Positions 44,725 to 54,451 are shown, numbered from the stretch's first letter. The stretch: 64,000 bases of DNA from an uncultured Alphaproteobacteria bacterium (GCA_902524895.1 CABZFH010000004.1:66987-130986); one strand, 5' to 3'. Numbers and translations are program-made. Notes: generated from the letters alone by a model not told the origin.

Positions 44725-45735
44725 TTAAGCCATTCCTGACGTATCGTCATCTGTAGAAGGATCAGGGATAGCAGCATCACCAGCAGGGACGTCAGGTTGG
44801 TCTACTGAAGCGGGGTCATAACCGGGCTCAGGCATTGCTTCTGCAGAACTTTGATCCATGTAAGAGGATGCTTCATCCATTTCTGGGGGATAATCCACAG
44901 GTGCTGGTCCATCATCAAGGCCTCCGTCGTCTGGACCACTTGCTGCCATCATCGGATCTGTTGGCGGCATATCTGGACCCATTTCTGGTGGTGGTGTAGC
45001 AGGACCAAATTCAGGTCCCCCTGGCTCACCAACACTAGCAGGATCTCCACCTGGCGGCGGCATGTCCCCTGGTCCTGCCATATCACCTGGAGGATAGTCC
45101 ATCGGTGCTGGTCCGTCATCGTAACCACCTTCACCTGGACCTTCAGGCGGTTGTGGCGCCATTCCAGTAGCTGGGTCAATAGCTGGACCTGCCATATCAC
45201 CTGGAGGCATATCTGCTGGGCCTGCCATATCACCTGGACCTTCAGGCGGTTGTGGCGCCATTCCAGTATCTGGATCAATAGCTGGACCTGCCATATCACC
45301 TGGAGGCATATCTGCTGGGCCTGCCATATCACCTGGAGGAGGCATATCACCTTCCGTACCTGGAGGTGGCATATCCGCTGGTCCCATATCAGTCATACTT
45401 GATGGACCATCCATCCCAGTTGGGGGGCCATCCATTGGACCATATTCTGCTTCAAAAGCACTATCTACAGAGGTTCCAGCTGCATCAAAAGCTTCCATTG
45501 GATCCATGCTAGGGTTAGCTTCCATAGCAGAAGTAAAACCTTCAGTGGCTGAAGTAACCATTGTATCAACCATACCAGAATCAGCTCCCATATCTGTCAT
45601 TACGGCACCTGCGGCTTCAGTAGCTGCACTTAATGCTTCCGCAGGAGATCCACCTGAATCAAGTACTGCAGTGTAAGCATCCTGGGCTGCAGATCCAGCT
45701 GAATCTGCCATATTATCATATTCATATGGTGGCAT
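44725..45735 (-). CDS. Extremely acidic Pro/Gly/Asp/Met/Ala-rich repetitive protein with no Lys, Arg, His, Cys or Trp; putative T1SS cargo
   Basis: 336-aa ORF with an AAGGAAA RBS. Third codon positions remain A/T-biased like the host. It sits between tolC and the ABC/MFP genes. There is no signal peptide. Confidence 0.7.
   Translation of the reverse strand: MPPYEYDNMADSAGSAAQDAYTAVLDSGGSPAEALSAATEAAGAVMTDMGADSGMVDTMVTSATEGFTSAMEANPSMDPMEAFDAAGTSVDSAFEAEYGPMDGPPTGMDGPSSMTDMGPADMPPPGTEGDMPPPGDMAGPADMPPGDMAGPAIDPDTGMAPQPPEGPGDMAGPADMPPGDMAGPAIDPATGMAPQPPEGPGEGGYDDGPAPMDYPPGDMAGPGDMPPPGGDPASVGEPGGPEFGPATPPPEMGPDMPPTDPMMAASGPDDGGLDDGPAPVDYPPEMDEASSYMDQSSAEAMPEPGYDPASVDQPDVPAGDAAIPDPSTDDDTSGMA
45132..45329 (-). 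repeat. Two tandem copies of a 99-bp (33-aa) unit, 97/99 identical
   Basis: Unit 45132-45230 versus 45231-45329 differs at two positions only. It encodes GPGDMAGPADMPPGDMAGPAIDP(D/A)TGMAPQPPE. Confidence 0.9.
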
Positions 45736-45830
45736 ATTAATTTCCTTATTTTAAAAGTTTATTTGCTATTACATTTTGCTTTTACATTATTTGATGATAA
45801 AAAACTTTTCAATTTGGTTCAAGTTAAAAA

Positions 45831-47162
45831 CTAAATTTTGATTTTTAAATAATTAAAAGTTAACAAGCCACAAGCTTGCAGTAAATCAAAAGAAGAATTA
45901 ATTAATTGAAATTTTGCATTAACTAAATTTGATTCTGCATCGGTTAATGCTTGTTGAGCACTTAATATATCAAATGTAGTTCTTGTTCCAACGCCAGCTT
46001 CTTGTTCTACTCCTTCAAATGCTACTAGATTTGATTCAACAGAGGCTTCAAGGGCTTTAATGCTAGACTTTAAACTTTCAATTTTTTTCCAGGCACTTTT
46101 GACTTCATGTTGAAGATTAATTTTTTTACTTTCAATTTTTCTTTGTGAGATAATTGCAGTATTCTTTGATTTTTCAAGATTAAAAAAATTATGCCCTTTA
46201 TTAAATAAAGGCATGCTTAGGTTTGCTGTTACCTCAAAAGAATCTTTTCTTTCAATTGTTCTTGAACTTTCCATAGTTTTTCCGTAAGAGCCACTAATTG
46301 AGAACTCAGGAAAAAAGTTTAAAGTGTTTGATCGAATTTGAATTTTAGAGTTTATAAGTTCAAACCTTAACTTATTAAGATCAGGATTATTTAAAAAAGC
46401 CAATTCTAGAGATTCATTTAAAGATGTTGGAAGATTTGGTATTTTTCCAAATTTCAACCAATCTATCGGATTATTTGATGTAATCTTTTCTTTGTTCTTT
46501 TTTTTCCAGTTTATATCTGGTTCTCTTCCAACAACGGCTACGTATTCAGAAATAGCAATTTCTAAATTATTTTCTGCCTCTATTCTCTCAGATATTGCTT
46601 TTTCAAGGCTAGCTTTAGCAAGAAAAACATCTGTTTTCGTTACGCTTTTAAATTCAAATCTCTGTTCTGTGGCAACTAATTTTGTATTTAAGGTAGTTTC
46701 ATTTTTGATAGCTACGTCCAGTAAAAACCTTTCTTTTAAAACCGTGTAAAATGCTTTTGACGCTCTTAAAAGAACATCTTGAATTATTGATTTATCAGCA
46801 AATCTTTGAGCTTTTAAATTGTTTTTTGCAGATTCAAAAGATAAAAATTTGCTAGATCCAAGAGGTTGACTTATGTCTATATCGATAGTGGATGGGTTAA
46901 GTGCGTCATAACCGTAGTTAGATGTATCAGGAAATGATTCAGTGATTTTTCTACCCTGAGACATCGATAATTCAACTGATGGTAAAAAATCTGTTTTTGA
47001 GATAACAACTTCTTTTATCTTATTTTTTAAATCTAATTTACTTTTGTTTATGTCGGGATAGTACTTATAACTATCTATTAGAGTATCTTCAAGGGTTTCA
47101 GAAGATAAATTTGTGTCGAGAGTTATTAATAAAAAAAGTAATGAAAAATAATAAACTATCAT
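45831..47162 (-). CDS. tolC: TolC-family outer-membrane channel
   Basis: Signal peptide and two OEP repeats. The C-terminal GTRTTFDILSAQQAL...LL motif is typical of TolC. Confidence 0.85.
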   Translation of the reverse strand: MIVYYFSLLFLLITLDTNLSSETLEDTLIDSYKYYPDINKSKLDLKNKIKEVVISKTDFLPSVELSMSQGRKITESFPDTSNYGYDALNPSTIDIDISQPLGSSKFLSFESAKNNLKAQRFADKSIIQDVLLRASKAFYTVLKERFLLDVAIKNETTLNTKLVATEQRFEFKSVTKTDVFLAKASLEKAISERIEAENNLEIAISEYVAVVGREPDINWKKKNKEKITSNNPIDWLKFGKIPNLPTSLNESLELAFLNNPDLNKLRFELINSKIQIRSNTLNFFPEFSISGSYGKTMESSRTIERKDSFEVTANLSMPLFNKGHNFFNLEKSKNTAIISQRKIESKKINLQHEVKSAWKKIESLKSSIKALEASVESNLVAFEGVEQEAGVGTRTTFDILSAQQALTDAESNLVNAKFQLINSSFDLLQACGLLTFNYLKIKI

Positions 47163-47270
47163 AATGAAATAATCGCAAAATTTATAATACTTCTTCCGCT
47201 CAAATTAATAAATTTTTTTATTTTTTTCTTTGATTATTTTTAAACTATGTAATATTACAAAAATCATTTA

Positions 47271-47347
<77 letters not shown>

Positions 47348-47409
47348 CTTCACTCCGGAAAGAATTAAAAAATTGATTTTTTTTGAACTGTTTAATATTA
47401 TGACTAATT

Positions 47410-48027
47410 ATGTTTTTTTATCGATTTATAAGAATTGATACTTGTATTTTTTTTGGGTTGTTATTTTTCCCCTTTTTATTGTTTTGTAATTATGATAAAG
47501 CAATTGAATTATATAAAAATAAGGAATATCCAGAATCTATATTAGAATTTAAAAGGTTTATAGATTCTGAAATAGAACATGAGAAAAAAAAAGATGCTAT
47601 GTACAATCTCGCCATTATTTATGATTTTGGCTTAGGAATAAAAGAAAACAAAGATAAGGCCGTTAAATGGTATAAAAAAGCATCAAATTTAAATCATAAA
47701 ATTGCTCAATTCAATCTAGCATGGATGTTTTACAATGGTGAGAAGCTTGAGAAAAATAACTTTGAGGCTTTCAATTATTATCTAAGATCTGCTAATCAGG
47801 GTTATAATAAAGCACAATTTAATTTAGCTAATTTATATTTTGCAGGCGAGGGGACAATAAAAGATTATGTGGAATCATATAAATGGTTTAAAATTTCTTC
47901 TTTAAATGGAATCAAGGAAAGTGAAAATTTTTTATCTACATTAATCAGAAAACTTCATCCCGAAGAATTAACCTTAGCAAATCAGAAAGTTGACGACTGG
48001 ATAAAAAGCTACAAACAAAATCAATAA
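47410..48027 (+). CDS. Sel1-repeat (TPR-like) protein
   Basis: Repeated KAVKWYKKASNLNHKIAQFNLAWMFYNGEK / AFNYYLRSANQGYNKAQFNLANLYFAGEG units, plus an N-terminal hydrophobic segment. Confidence 0.75.
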   Translation: MFFYRFIRIDTCIFFGLLFFPFLLFCNYDKAIELYKNKEYPESILEFKRFIDSEIEHEKKKDAMYNLAIIYDFGLGIKENKDKAVKWYKKASNLNHKIAQFNLAWMFYNGEKLEKNNFEAFNYYLRSANQGYNKAQFNLANLYFAGEGTIKDYVESYKWFKISSLNGIKESENFLSTLIRKLHPEELTLANQKVDDWIKSYKQNQ

Positions 48028-48130
48028 TATTTTTTAAATCAATAATATCTATAAATATAATAAATTTTACATATAATTAATTTTATCATACTATAATATT
48101 AACATTCCTCCCGAATTTAAAAAAAAAGCA

Positions 48131-48487
48131 TCAATTTGGTGCTTTTTTTTTGTTGCAATTATAAATTAAAATTTTTCTTTTTTTATAAATAGTCCACTCA
48201 TAGGAACTTAGATTTAAAACACTATAATTCTCATATATACTATTATACATTATTATTTCTGTTTCATTAAAATGCTTAATTTTGTCATAAATAATTCCTG
48301 ATTGATAAATGATCTCTTTTTTATTTACATCTATTATTTTGTAAAATTTTGAAATTATATTAAAAGCATTAGCATTATTTATAATTTTGCAGTTTAAATG
48401 TATTTGTTCAGAAGCTAATTTCTTTTTCAAAGTAAAAGATAATAATATGATAATTGAAATTATAAAAAATTTTAAATATTTAATCAT
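48131..48487 (-). CDS. Hypothetical exported protein
   Basis: ORF with an N-terminal hydrophobic signal-like segment. Confidence 0.35.
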   Translation of the reverse strand: MIKYLKFFIISIIILLSFTLKKKLASEQIHLNCKIINNANAFNIISKFYKIIDVNKKEIIYQSGIIYDKIKHFNETEIIMYNSIYENYSVLNLSSYEWTIYKKRKILIYNCNKKKAPN

Positions 48488-48498
48488 ATAATTATTTA

Positions 48499-48575
48499 TG
48501 GCGACCCCGGTACGATTCGAACGTACGACCTACTGCTTAGAAGGCAGTTGCTCTATCCAGCTGAGCTACGGGGCC
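48499..48575 (-). tRNA. tRNA-Arg (anticodon UCU), CCA encoded
   Basis: The reverse complement is GGCCCCGTAGCTCAGCTGGATAGAGCAACTGCCTTCTAAGCAGTAGGTCGTACGTTCGAATCGTACCGGGGTCGCCA. It folds as a cloverleaf with anticodon loop CTTCTAA. Confidence 0.95.
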
Positions 48576-48710
48576 AGGTTTCCTCTCACATTTCACAATA
48601 TAATTTAATGTATTTATTAAATATACAATTAAATTTATAAATAAAATAAGTTTTAATTTAGTTATTAGTTATTATATGTTCAAAATTAACAATTCTTAAA
48701 TTAATTAATT

Positions 48711-50189
48711 ATGGACAAGGCTTATCAAGGTTTAAAAAAAATATTTGAACGTAACTCCATACTTTCAGATATTGATAACTTACTTCAATGGGATTTGTCT
48801 ACGATTATGCCTGAAAAATCTAGAGAAAATAGAACTAAACAACTGTCACTATTATCTGAGTTAAAATGTGAAATATTTTCGGATATAAAAGTTAAAAAAT
48901 TATTTGATAGTGTTAACAAGGATAAGTTAAATATCACTGAGCACTCAAATTTTAGAGAAATGCAAAAAGCTTTTATCTACTTTGACACAATACCGAAAAA
49001 ATTAATAAAAAAAAAAACTGAAATAGCTGCAATGTGTGAAGGAAAGTGGAGAAAAGCCAGGAAACAAAAAAATTTTAACTTAGTAAAAAAAGAAATGTCA
49101 GAGTTGATAAAAATAGTTAGGGAAGAAGGCAAATTTTTATCAGAAGTCTATGAGTGTTCAAAATATGATGCTCTTCTAAAATGTTATGAAAATTCATTTA
49201 GCACTAAACAGATTGAAGTTTATTTTGAGGATTTAAAAAACTTTATTAATCAAAAATATAACATAATAGTAAATAATCAAATAGGGTCTAAGTGCGTGAA
49301 GATAAATATTAGTGAAAAGGAACAATTCGAACTATCTAAATTTTTTATGAAGAAATTGGGATTTGACTTTAAAAGAGGTAGGCTTGATATGAGTGCTCAC
49401 CCATTTTGTGGTGGTTCTATTGGTGATGTGAGAATTACCACACGCATCAACTCCAACAATAATTTTTCTGCATTTGAAGCAGTTATGCATGAAACTGGTC
49501 ATGCATTATATGAACAAAATCTTCCAAAAAATTGGAGTCATCAACCAGCCGGAAAATCTGGAGGAATGGCATTGCATGAGAGTCAATCACTTTTTATAGA
49601 GATGCAGATAATGAAATCAAAAGAATTTATAACTTATCTTACAAAAGTTTTAAATCAAAAATTCTTAAATCAAAAATCACAGATTAATATTAATGATTTA
49701 TATAATACACTTAATAAAGTTGAAAAAAGTTTTATTCGTGTCGAAGCTGATGAAGTAACCTATCCCCTTCATGTAATATTAAGATTCAATATTGAAAAGC
49801 AAATTATTGAAAATGGCATTGGTACTGAGGAATTACCAGATCTTTGGAATTCAGAATTTATGAAGATTTTTGGCATGGAAATTAAAGATGACTCAGACGG
49901 ATGTTTGCAAGATATTCATTGGTATGTAGGATTATTCGGATATTTTCCTACCTATACACTTGGTGCTATGATTTCAGCTCAATTTGCATATCAATTTAGG
50001 AAAGATATTAAAAATTTAGATAAATTTATTGATGTTGGAGATTTTAAAATAATAAATAAATGGTTAAAAAAAAATATCCATCAGAAAGCTTCTTTTTTTT
50101 CAACAAATGAAATTCTAAAAATGATCACTGGTAAATCATTGGATCTCAATTATTTTACTAAATACCTACAACAAAAATATATCAGTTAG
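48711..50189 (+). CDS. Carboxypeptidase Taq (M32) family metallopeptidase
   Basis: HETGHALYE (HExxH), HESQS and DIHW motifs. Confidence 0.85.
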   Translation: MDKAYQGLKKIFERNSILSDIDNLLQWDLSTIMPEKSRENRTKQLSLLSELKCEIFSDIKVKKLFDSVNKDKLNITEHSNFREMQKAFIYFDTIPKKLIKKKTEIAAMCEGKWRKARKQKNFNLVKKEMSELIKIVREEGKFLSEVYECSKYDALLKCYENSFSTKQIEVYFEDLKNFINQKYNIIVNNQIGSKCVKINISEKEQFELSKFFMKKLGFDFKRGRLDMSAHPFCGGSIGDVRITTRINSNNNFSAFEAVMHETGHALYEQNLPKNWSHQPAGKSGGMALHESQSLFIEMQIMKSKEFITYLTKVLNQKFLNQKSQININDLYNTLNKVEKSFIRVEADEVTYPLHVILRFNIEKQIIENGIGTEELPDLWNSEFMKIFGMEIKDDSDGCLQDIHWYVGLFGYFPTYTLGAMISAQFAYQFRKDIKNLDKFIDVGDFKIINKWLKKNIHQKASFFSTNEILKMITGKSLDLNYFTKYLQQKYIS

Positions 50190-51127
50190 ATACTATCAAG
50201 TGTTTTTATATGCGCTAATACTCCCTTAGCATTTCCATGCAAGTTATAGCCACCTTCTAAGATTGAAATTATTTTATTATCACAAAATTTTTTGGATAAA
50301 TTCATTACTATTTTAGTTAATTTTTCAAAACCTTTATCTGAAATTTCAAAACAACCTAAAGGATCGTCATGCCTACCGTCAAATCCAGCAGAAATCAATA
50401 TAAATTCAGGTTTGAATTTGCTAGCTCTTGGAACAAGAATATTATTAAAAACTTCTATTATTTTTTCATCGTTTGTACCGCATGGAAGGTGGACATTAAT
50501 ATTATAACCTTTTCCTTTACCAATACCTATTTTTGTAGTTTGACCTGTACCAGGGTAAGCATCTTTATCATGTGTTGAAAAAAATAAAACTGTATTATCA
50601 TCGTAGAACATATCTTGAGTGGCATTTCCATGATGGTAATCCCAATCAACAATTAATATCTTCTTATAATTATATTTTTTTTGAAGATATTTTGCAGTTA
50701 TTGCAATGTTATTAAAAAAACAAAATCCTTCTACTTTCCCGGTATTTATTGCATGATGACCAGGAGGTCTTATGGCACAAAAAATATTACTACATCTATT
50801 TTTTTCTATCTTTTCAACTGCTGATAGGCAACTTTTTACGCCAGATATTGCAACCTCATATGCTTCTGGATAGTTTTCTTTAATAGATTCAATATGATTA
50901 TCTGTATGTACCGTATTTAGCCATTGTTTAACTTTGATATGTTTTTTAAATGAAATACATTTGTTTAATAAGTTATGTTTTTTTAATTGGTCATAAATAT
51001 AACTTATTCTTTTCGGTGATTCAGGATGATCAGGTGAAAGATGAAATTTCTGGAATATTTTGTCTACCATGATTTTATTTTTGGTTGAGATTTTTATTCC
51101 ATTCGCGCTTACAAAACTACATTTCAA
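50186..51127 (-). CDS. Histone deacetylase-family amidohydrolase (acetoin utilisation / acetylpolyamine type)
   Basis: RPPGHHA, DWDYHHGNATQ and EGGY motifs. Confidence 0.85.
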   Translation of the reverse strand: MKCSFVSANGIKISTKNKIMVDKIFQKFHLSPDHPESPKRISYIYDQLKKHNLLNKCISFKKHIKVKQWLNTVHTDNHIESIKENYPEAYEVAISGVKSCLSAVEKIEKNRCSNIFCAIRPPGHHAINTGKVEGFCFFNNIAITAKYLQKKYNYKKILIVDWDYHHGNATQDMFYDDNTVLFFSTHDKDAYPGTGQTTKIGIGKGKGYNINVHLPCGTNDEKIIEVFNNILVPRASKFKPEFILISAGFDGRHDDPLGCFEISDKGFEKLTKIVMNLSKKFCDNKIISILEGGYNLHGNAKGVLAHIKTLDSI

Positions 51128-51203
51128 TAGTTTGAAAAAGAAAAGAAAAAAAGAGTAAAAAAAAACTTTAAATAATTTCTTTTTTGTTTTTGCATATTAG
51201 GTT

Positions 51204-51788
51204 CTATCTTGCTCTTAGAGAAGATTTCCAAGCTACAATTTCTTTTTCACTTTGCATACAACATGATGTTATAGGATATTTTTCTTTAATCTCTGATGAT
51301 AGTCTTGAATCAGTCTCACTTTCTTGAACATACATTATGCATCCAATGCTATGGACTATTCCATTTGAAGCAGTAATGTCTTTCTCTATAACAACCATAT
51401 CTTTCACGTAAATTTCTTCTTTTCTATGTAATGATAATGATTTGTTACTTACGGTTTTTTCAATTGAGATAGATTCATTTAAGTTGTTACTAGAGAAGTT
51501 GCCAATCATTATATGATCCATCATTAAATTTTTTCTAAAATATTCATCTTCTAATAAAGAATATTCTTTTCTAAATTTTTTAAAAGCTTCATTGTTAGGT
51601 GCAAAAATTGTCCAGTCCCAAGGTAATTTTTTTTTGAGTATATCGTCTAATCCTGATGTTAATATATATTGGTGAAACTCACTCAAATTTGAATTATTGC
51701 TTATTATATCTAAAACTGATGACTGCGAAGCCCAAATCTTATTGTAACCAAAAAATAAAAAAACATAGAAGATGAACTTGATAAACAT
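51204..51788 (-). CDS. Fasciclin (FAS1) domain protein, secreted
   Basis: Signal peptide, plus TIFAPNNEAF and ASNGIVHSI FAS1 motifs. Confidence 0.75.
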   Translation of the reverse strand: MFIKFIFYVFLFFGYNKIWASQSSVLDIISNNSNLSEFHQYILTSGLDDILKKKLPWDWTIFAPNNEAFKKFRKEYSLLEDEYFRKNLMMDHIMIGNFSSNNLNESISIEKTVSNKSLSLHRKEEIYVKDMVVIEKDITASNGIVHSIGCIMYVQESETDSRLSSEIKEKYPITSCCMQSEKEIVAWKSSLRAR

Positions 51789-51853
51789 TTAACTTTTAAT
51801 GTATTGTTAAAATTAAGACTTTATTTTATATTACAAAATTATAGAAGAATAAA

Positions 51854-52180
51854 CTAGCTTTTTTTTGCCCAATCCAGATATTCTTTATTTGTATTTTTAG
51901 AATTTAGTATTGTTATGAAAGGCACATCATAATCATGATTAACTTTAATAAAACTGATAACAGACTTTGGATCAGAAATAGTTTTAATTAATAAAGATAC
52001 TTCACTAGAACTTTTTATTTTATTATCTTCGAGGTAAAAGCTTCTTATATCATTAGTTATATTAATACAAACCGCTTTTTTGTTTTTTAATAGTGTCTTT
52101 GTTATTTTTTTTGCAGATTTCATTGAGCCGCAAATGGTATAGATTATATTAAACATTAAAATTAAAAGGGTAGAATACAA
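51854..52180 (-). CDS. cutA: CutA1-like divalent-cation tolerance protein
   Basis: The size and pattern ...AKKITKTLLKNKKAVCINI...YDVPFI are CutA-like. The true start is probably the internal Met at about 52156. Confidence 0.6.
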   Translation of the reverse strand: MYSTLLILMFNIIYTICGSMKSAKKITKTLLKNKKAVCINITNDIRSFYLEDNKIKSSSEVSLLIKTISDPKSVISFIKVNHDYDVPFITILNSKNTNKEYLDWAKKS

Positions 52181-52248
52181 TTTTTTTTATTAATTATTAC
52201 ATAATTATTAAATAAAAAAAAACTTTTAGTAATTTTTGGGAAAATTTT

Positions 52249-53172
52249 ATGAAACATACTAAAGTCATTAAAATTGAAGGCTTAGATAAATTATATAAAG
52301 ATGGAACTATGGCACTCATTAATATTAATTTAAATGTTAAAAAGGGAGAAATTTTTGCTTTGCTTGGACCAAATGGAGCAGGTAAAACAAGCTTGATTAA
52401 TTCCGTATGTGGAATAGTCAAGTTTTCAAAAGGAAATATTCAAGTTTTTGGTTATGATGTTTTAAAAGAATATAGAAAATCAAGATCACTAATTGGTTTA
52501 GTTCCACAGGAATTAACAACGGATTCATTTGAAACTGTTCAAAATACTGTTTCATTTTCAAGAGGGCTTTTTGGGAAAAAAAAATGTGATATTAAAATTG
52601 AAAATATACTTAAAAATTTATCTTTATGGGATAAAAGAAAATCACAGATTAGAACTCTTTCTGGTGGAATGAAAAGAAGAGTAATGATCGCAAAAGCACT
52701 TTCCCATGAACCCGAAATTTTGTTTTTGGATGAACCATCAGCCGGAGTTGATGTAGAACTTCGTAAATCTATGTGGAATCAAATAAGAAATCTTAAAAAG
52801 TCAGGTGTTACAATTATTCTCACAACTCATTATATTGAAGAGGCAGAGGAAATGGCTGATAGGATAGGAATCCTTAATAAAGGTAAGTTAATTATGGTGG
52901 AGAGGAAAAATAGAATTATGAAAAATTTAGGAAAAAAAATATTTGAAATCACTTTAAAAAAAAATATAAAATCTTTGCCTAGTGTATTTAATGGATTTGA
53001 TTTAGAAATTTATAGCGACACTAAACTTATTTACTATAATAACCCAAAAAATTCAAAAACTATTGTCGACGTTTTAGATAAATTAAAATTGCATTCTATA
53101 GATGTTGAAGATATTACTACAAAAAGGAATTCTTTAGAGGAAATTTTTATAAATATTGTAGGACAAAAATGA
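52249..53172 (+). CDS. ABC transporter ATP-binding protein (ABC-2 exporter type)
   Basis: Canonical [27 protein letters not shown] and TTHYIEEA motifs. Confidence 0.85.
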   Translation: MKHTKVIKIEGLDKLYKDGTMALININLNVKKGEIFALLGPNGAGKTSLINSVCGIVKFSKGNIQVFGYDVLKEYRKSRSLIGLVPQELTTDSFETVQNTVSFSRGLFGKKKCDIKIENILKNLSLWDKRKSQIRTLSGGMKRRVMIAKALSHEPEILFLDEPSAGVDVELRKSMWNQIRNLKKSGVTIILTTHYIEEAEEMADRIGILNKGKLIMVERKNRIMKNLGKKIFEITLKKNIKSLPSVFNGFDLEIYSDTKLIYYNNPKNSKTIVDVLDKLKLHSIDVEDITTKRNSLEEIFINIVGQK

Positions 53173-53930
53173 ATTTCACAAGCATATTTGCAATTTATAA
53201 ATTTGAAATGTCTAGAACGTTTCGTACCGTTACTCAATCTATTGCAGCACCAGTAATATCAACAATTTTATATTTTATTGTTTTTGGTTCGGCAATTGGT
53301 TCAAGAATTAGTGACATTGATGGAATAAGTTATGCATCTTTTATTGTTCCGGGATTGATAATGTTAACAATACTTAGTCAGAGTATTTCAAACGCATCAT
53401 TTGGAATTTATTTTCCTAGATTTACAGGTACGATTTATGAAGTTCTTTCTGCTCCGATATCTTTTTATGAGATAGCATTAGGTTACGTTGGTGCAGCTAC
53501 TTCAAAGTCAATGATTATTGGAATGATTGTTCTGTTAACTTCTAGTTTTTTTGTTGATTTAGAAATTAAACATCCAATTTGGATGTTTTTTTATCTATTC
53601 GCTACCTGTTTAACATTTTGTTTGATAGGTTTTATTATTGGTATTATGTCTGATGGATTTGATAAATTACAATTAGTGCCCTTACTTATAATAACACCTC
53701 TAACATTTTTGGGGGGTAGTTTTTATTCAATTTCAATGCTTCCTGACTTCTGGCAAAAGATTTCCTTACTTAACCCCTTATTGTACCTAATCAGTGGTTT
53801 TAGATGGAGTTTTTATGAAAATTCAGATGTTAATATTTTGATCAGTTTTGGTATGATAATTTTATTTCTGATAATTTGTATTTCAGTTATATATTATATT
53901 TTTAAGACAGGTTATAAGCTTAGAGAGTAA
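53169..53930 (+). CDS. ABC-2 family transporter permease
   Basis: Six TM helices and a 4-nt overlap with the ATPase gene. Confidence 0.75.
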   Translation: MNFTSIFAIYKFEMSRTFRTVTQSIAAPVISTILYFIVFGSAIGSRISDIDGISYASFIVPGLIMLTILSQSISNASFGIYFPRFTGTIYEVLSAPISFYEIALGYVGAATSKSMIIGMIVLLTSSFFVDLEIKHPIWMFFYLFATCLTFCLIGFIIGIMSDGFDKLQLVPLLIITPLTFLGGSFYSISMLPDFWQKISLLNPLLYLISGFRWSFYENSDVNILISFGMIILFLIICISVIYYIFKTGYKLRE

Positions 53931-53932
53931 TT

Positions 53933-54193
53933 ATGAATTACGCATTATATTTTGGTTTGGTTGCTGGTATTTGCACTACAATAAGTTTTTTACCACAAGT
54001 ACTGAAAATTTGGAGAACAAAAAGCGTTTATGATATATCTTTATTAACGTATTTAATATTTACTTTTGGTGTGGCTAATTGGTTGATATATGGTTTAATT
54101 ATCAGAGAAAAACCCATAATATTAGCAAACACAGTAACGCTAATTTTATGTCTGCTAATATTGATCGGTATAGTAAAATTTAAGAAGAAATAA
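53933..54193 (+). CDS. SemiSWEET / PQ-loop small transporter
   Basis: 86 aa with three TM helices and the PQ motif FLPQVLKIWRTKS. Confidence 0.65.
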   Translation: MNYALYFGLVAGICTTISFLPQVLKIWRTKSVYDISLLTYLIFTFGVANWLIYGLIIREKPIILANTVTLILCLLILIGIVKFKKK

Positions 54194-54194
54194 A

Positions 54195-54431
54195 TTATCT
54201 TAATAAAGCAAGAGCTTCATTAAGTATTTCTTCAGACTTTTGAACGTTTCCGCTTTTTAATTCTAATTCACCTTTATTCCTTAGATTTAGAACTTTAACA
54301 ATGATAGCTTTATCAAGATTTTTATTAAACTCTAATTGCTTGTCTATTTGAGCCATTGAAGAATATGGACAAGCTAAGGATATATTAGAAATAAATAATG
54401 CGGAAAAAAACATTAAACTAATTTTTTTCAT
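54195..54431 (-). CDS. Hypothetical small exported protein
   Basis: ORF with a signal peptide. Confidence 0.35.
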   Translation of the reverse strand: MKKISLMFFSALFISNISLACPYSSMAQIDKQLEFNKNLDKAIIVKVLNLRNKGELELKSGNVQKSEEILNEALALLR

Positions 54432-54451
54432 AACTTTTCTCCTTTTATTAA

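Noticed and set aside
44851-45402. Long ORFs in other frames across the acidic-protein gene (44851..45402 +, 183 aa; 44949..45350 -, 133 aa).
   Set aside because: They lie entirely inside the G+C-rich repeat region, where stop codons are rare. Their translations are repetitive, Trp/Arg/His- or Gln/Leu-rich nonsense without RBS context. The 44725..45735 frame is the only one spanning the whole region with host-like third-position bias.
44725-45735. Possibility that the acidic protein is a double-glycine-leader bacteriocin-type substrate (a GG occurs at ...AVLDSGG near residue 29).
   Set aside because: The residues upstream of the GG do not fit the conserved hydrophobic/acidic leader pattern. 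The adjacent ABC's C39-like domain also lacks the catalytic Cys, so leader cleavage is unlikely.
44725-45735. The G+C spike read as evidence of recent horizontal transfer of the acidic-protein gene.
   Set aside because: Third codon positions remain A/T-biased like the rest of the window. The G+C excess comes from first and second positions of Pro/Gly/Ala/Asp codons, meaning from amino-acid composition.
52197-52421. Track ORF (74 aa, minus strand) overlapping the start of the ABC ATPase gene.
   Set aside because: It is antisense to the Walker A region of a clearly real gene (52249..53172). The same applies to the other embedded antisense ORFs in the track (for example 3590..3796, 4536..4790, 4803..5069, 6700..6888, 7518..7718, 8924..9376, 12254..12445, 12292..12564, 17496..17729, 19054..19242, 23261..23491, 25823..26152, 28936..29130, 33073..33303, 33604..33882, 34916..35248, 36195..36413, 37239..37634, 38115..38324, 40888..41079, 41367..41702, 41835..42056, 42600..42800, 43053..43253, 46492..46749, 50292..50578, 53034..53237, 58378..58686, 62427..62618).
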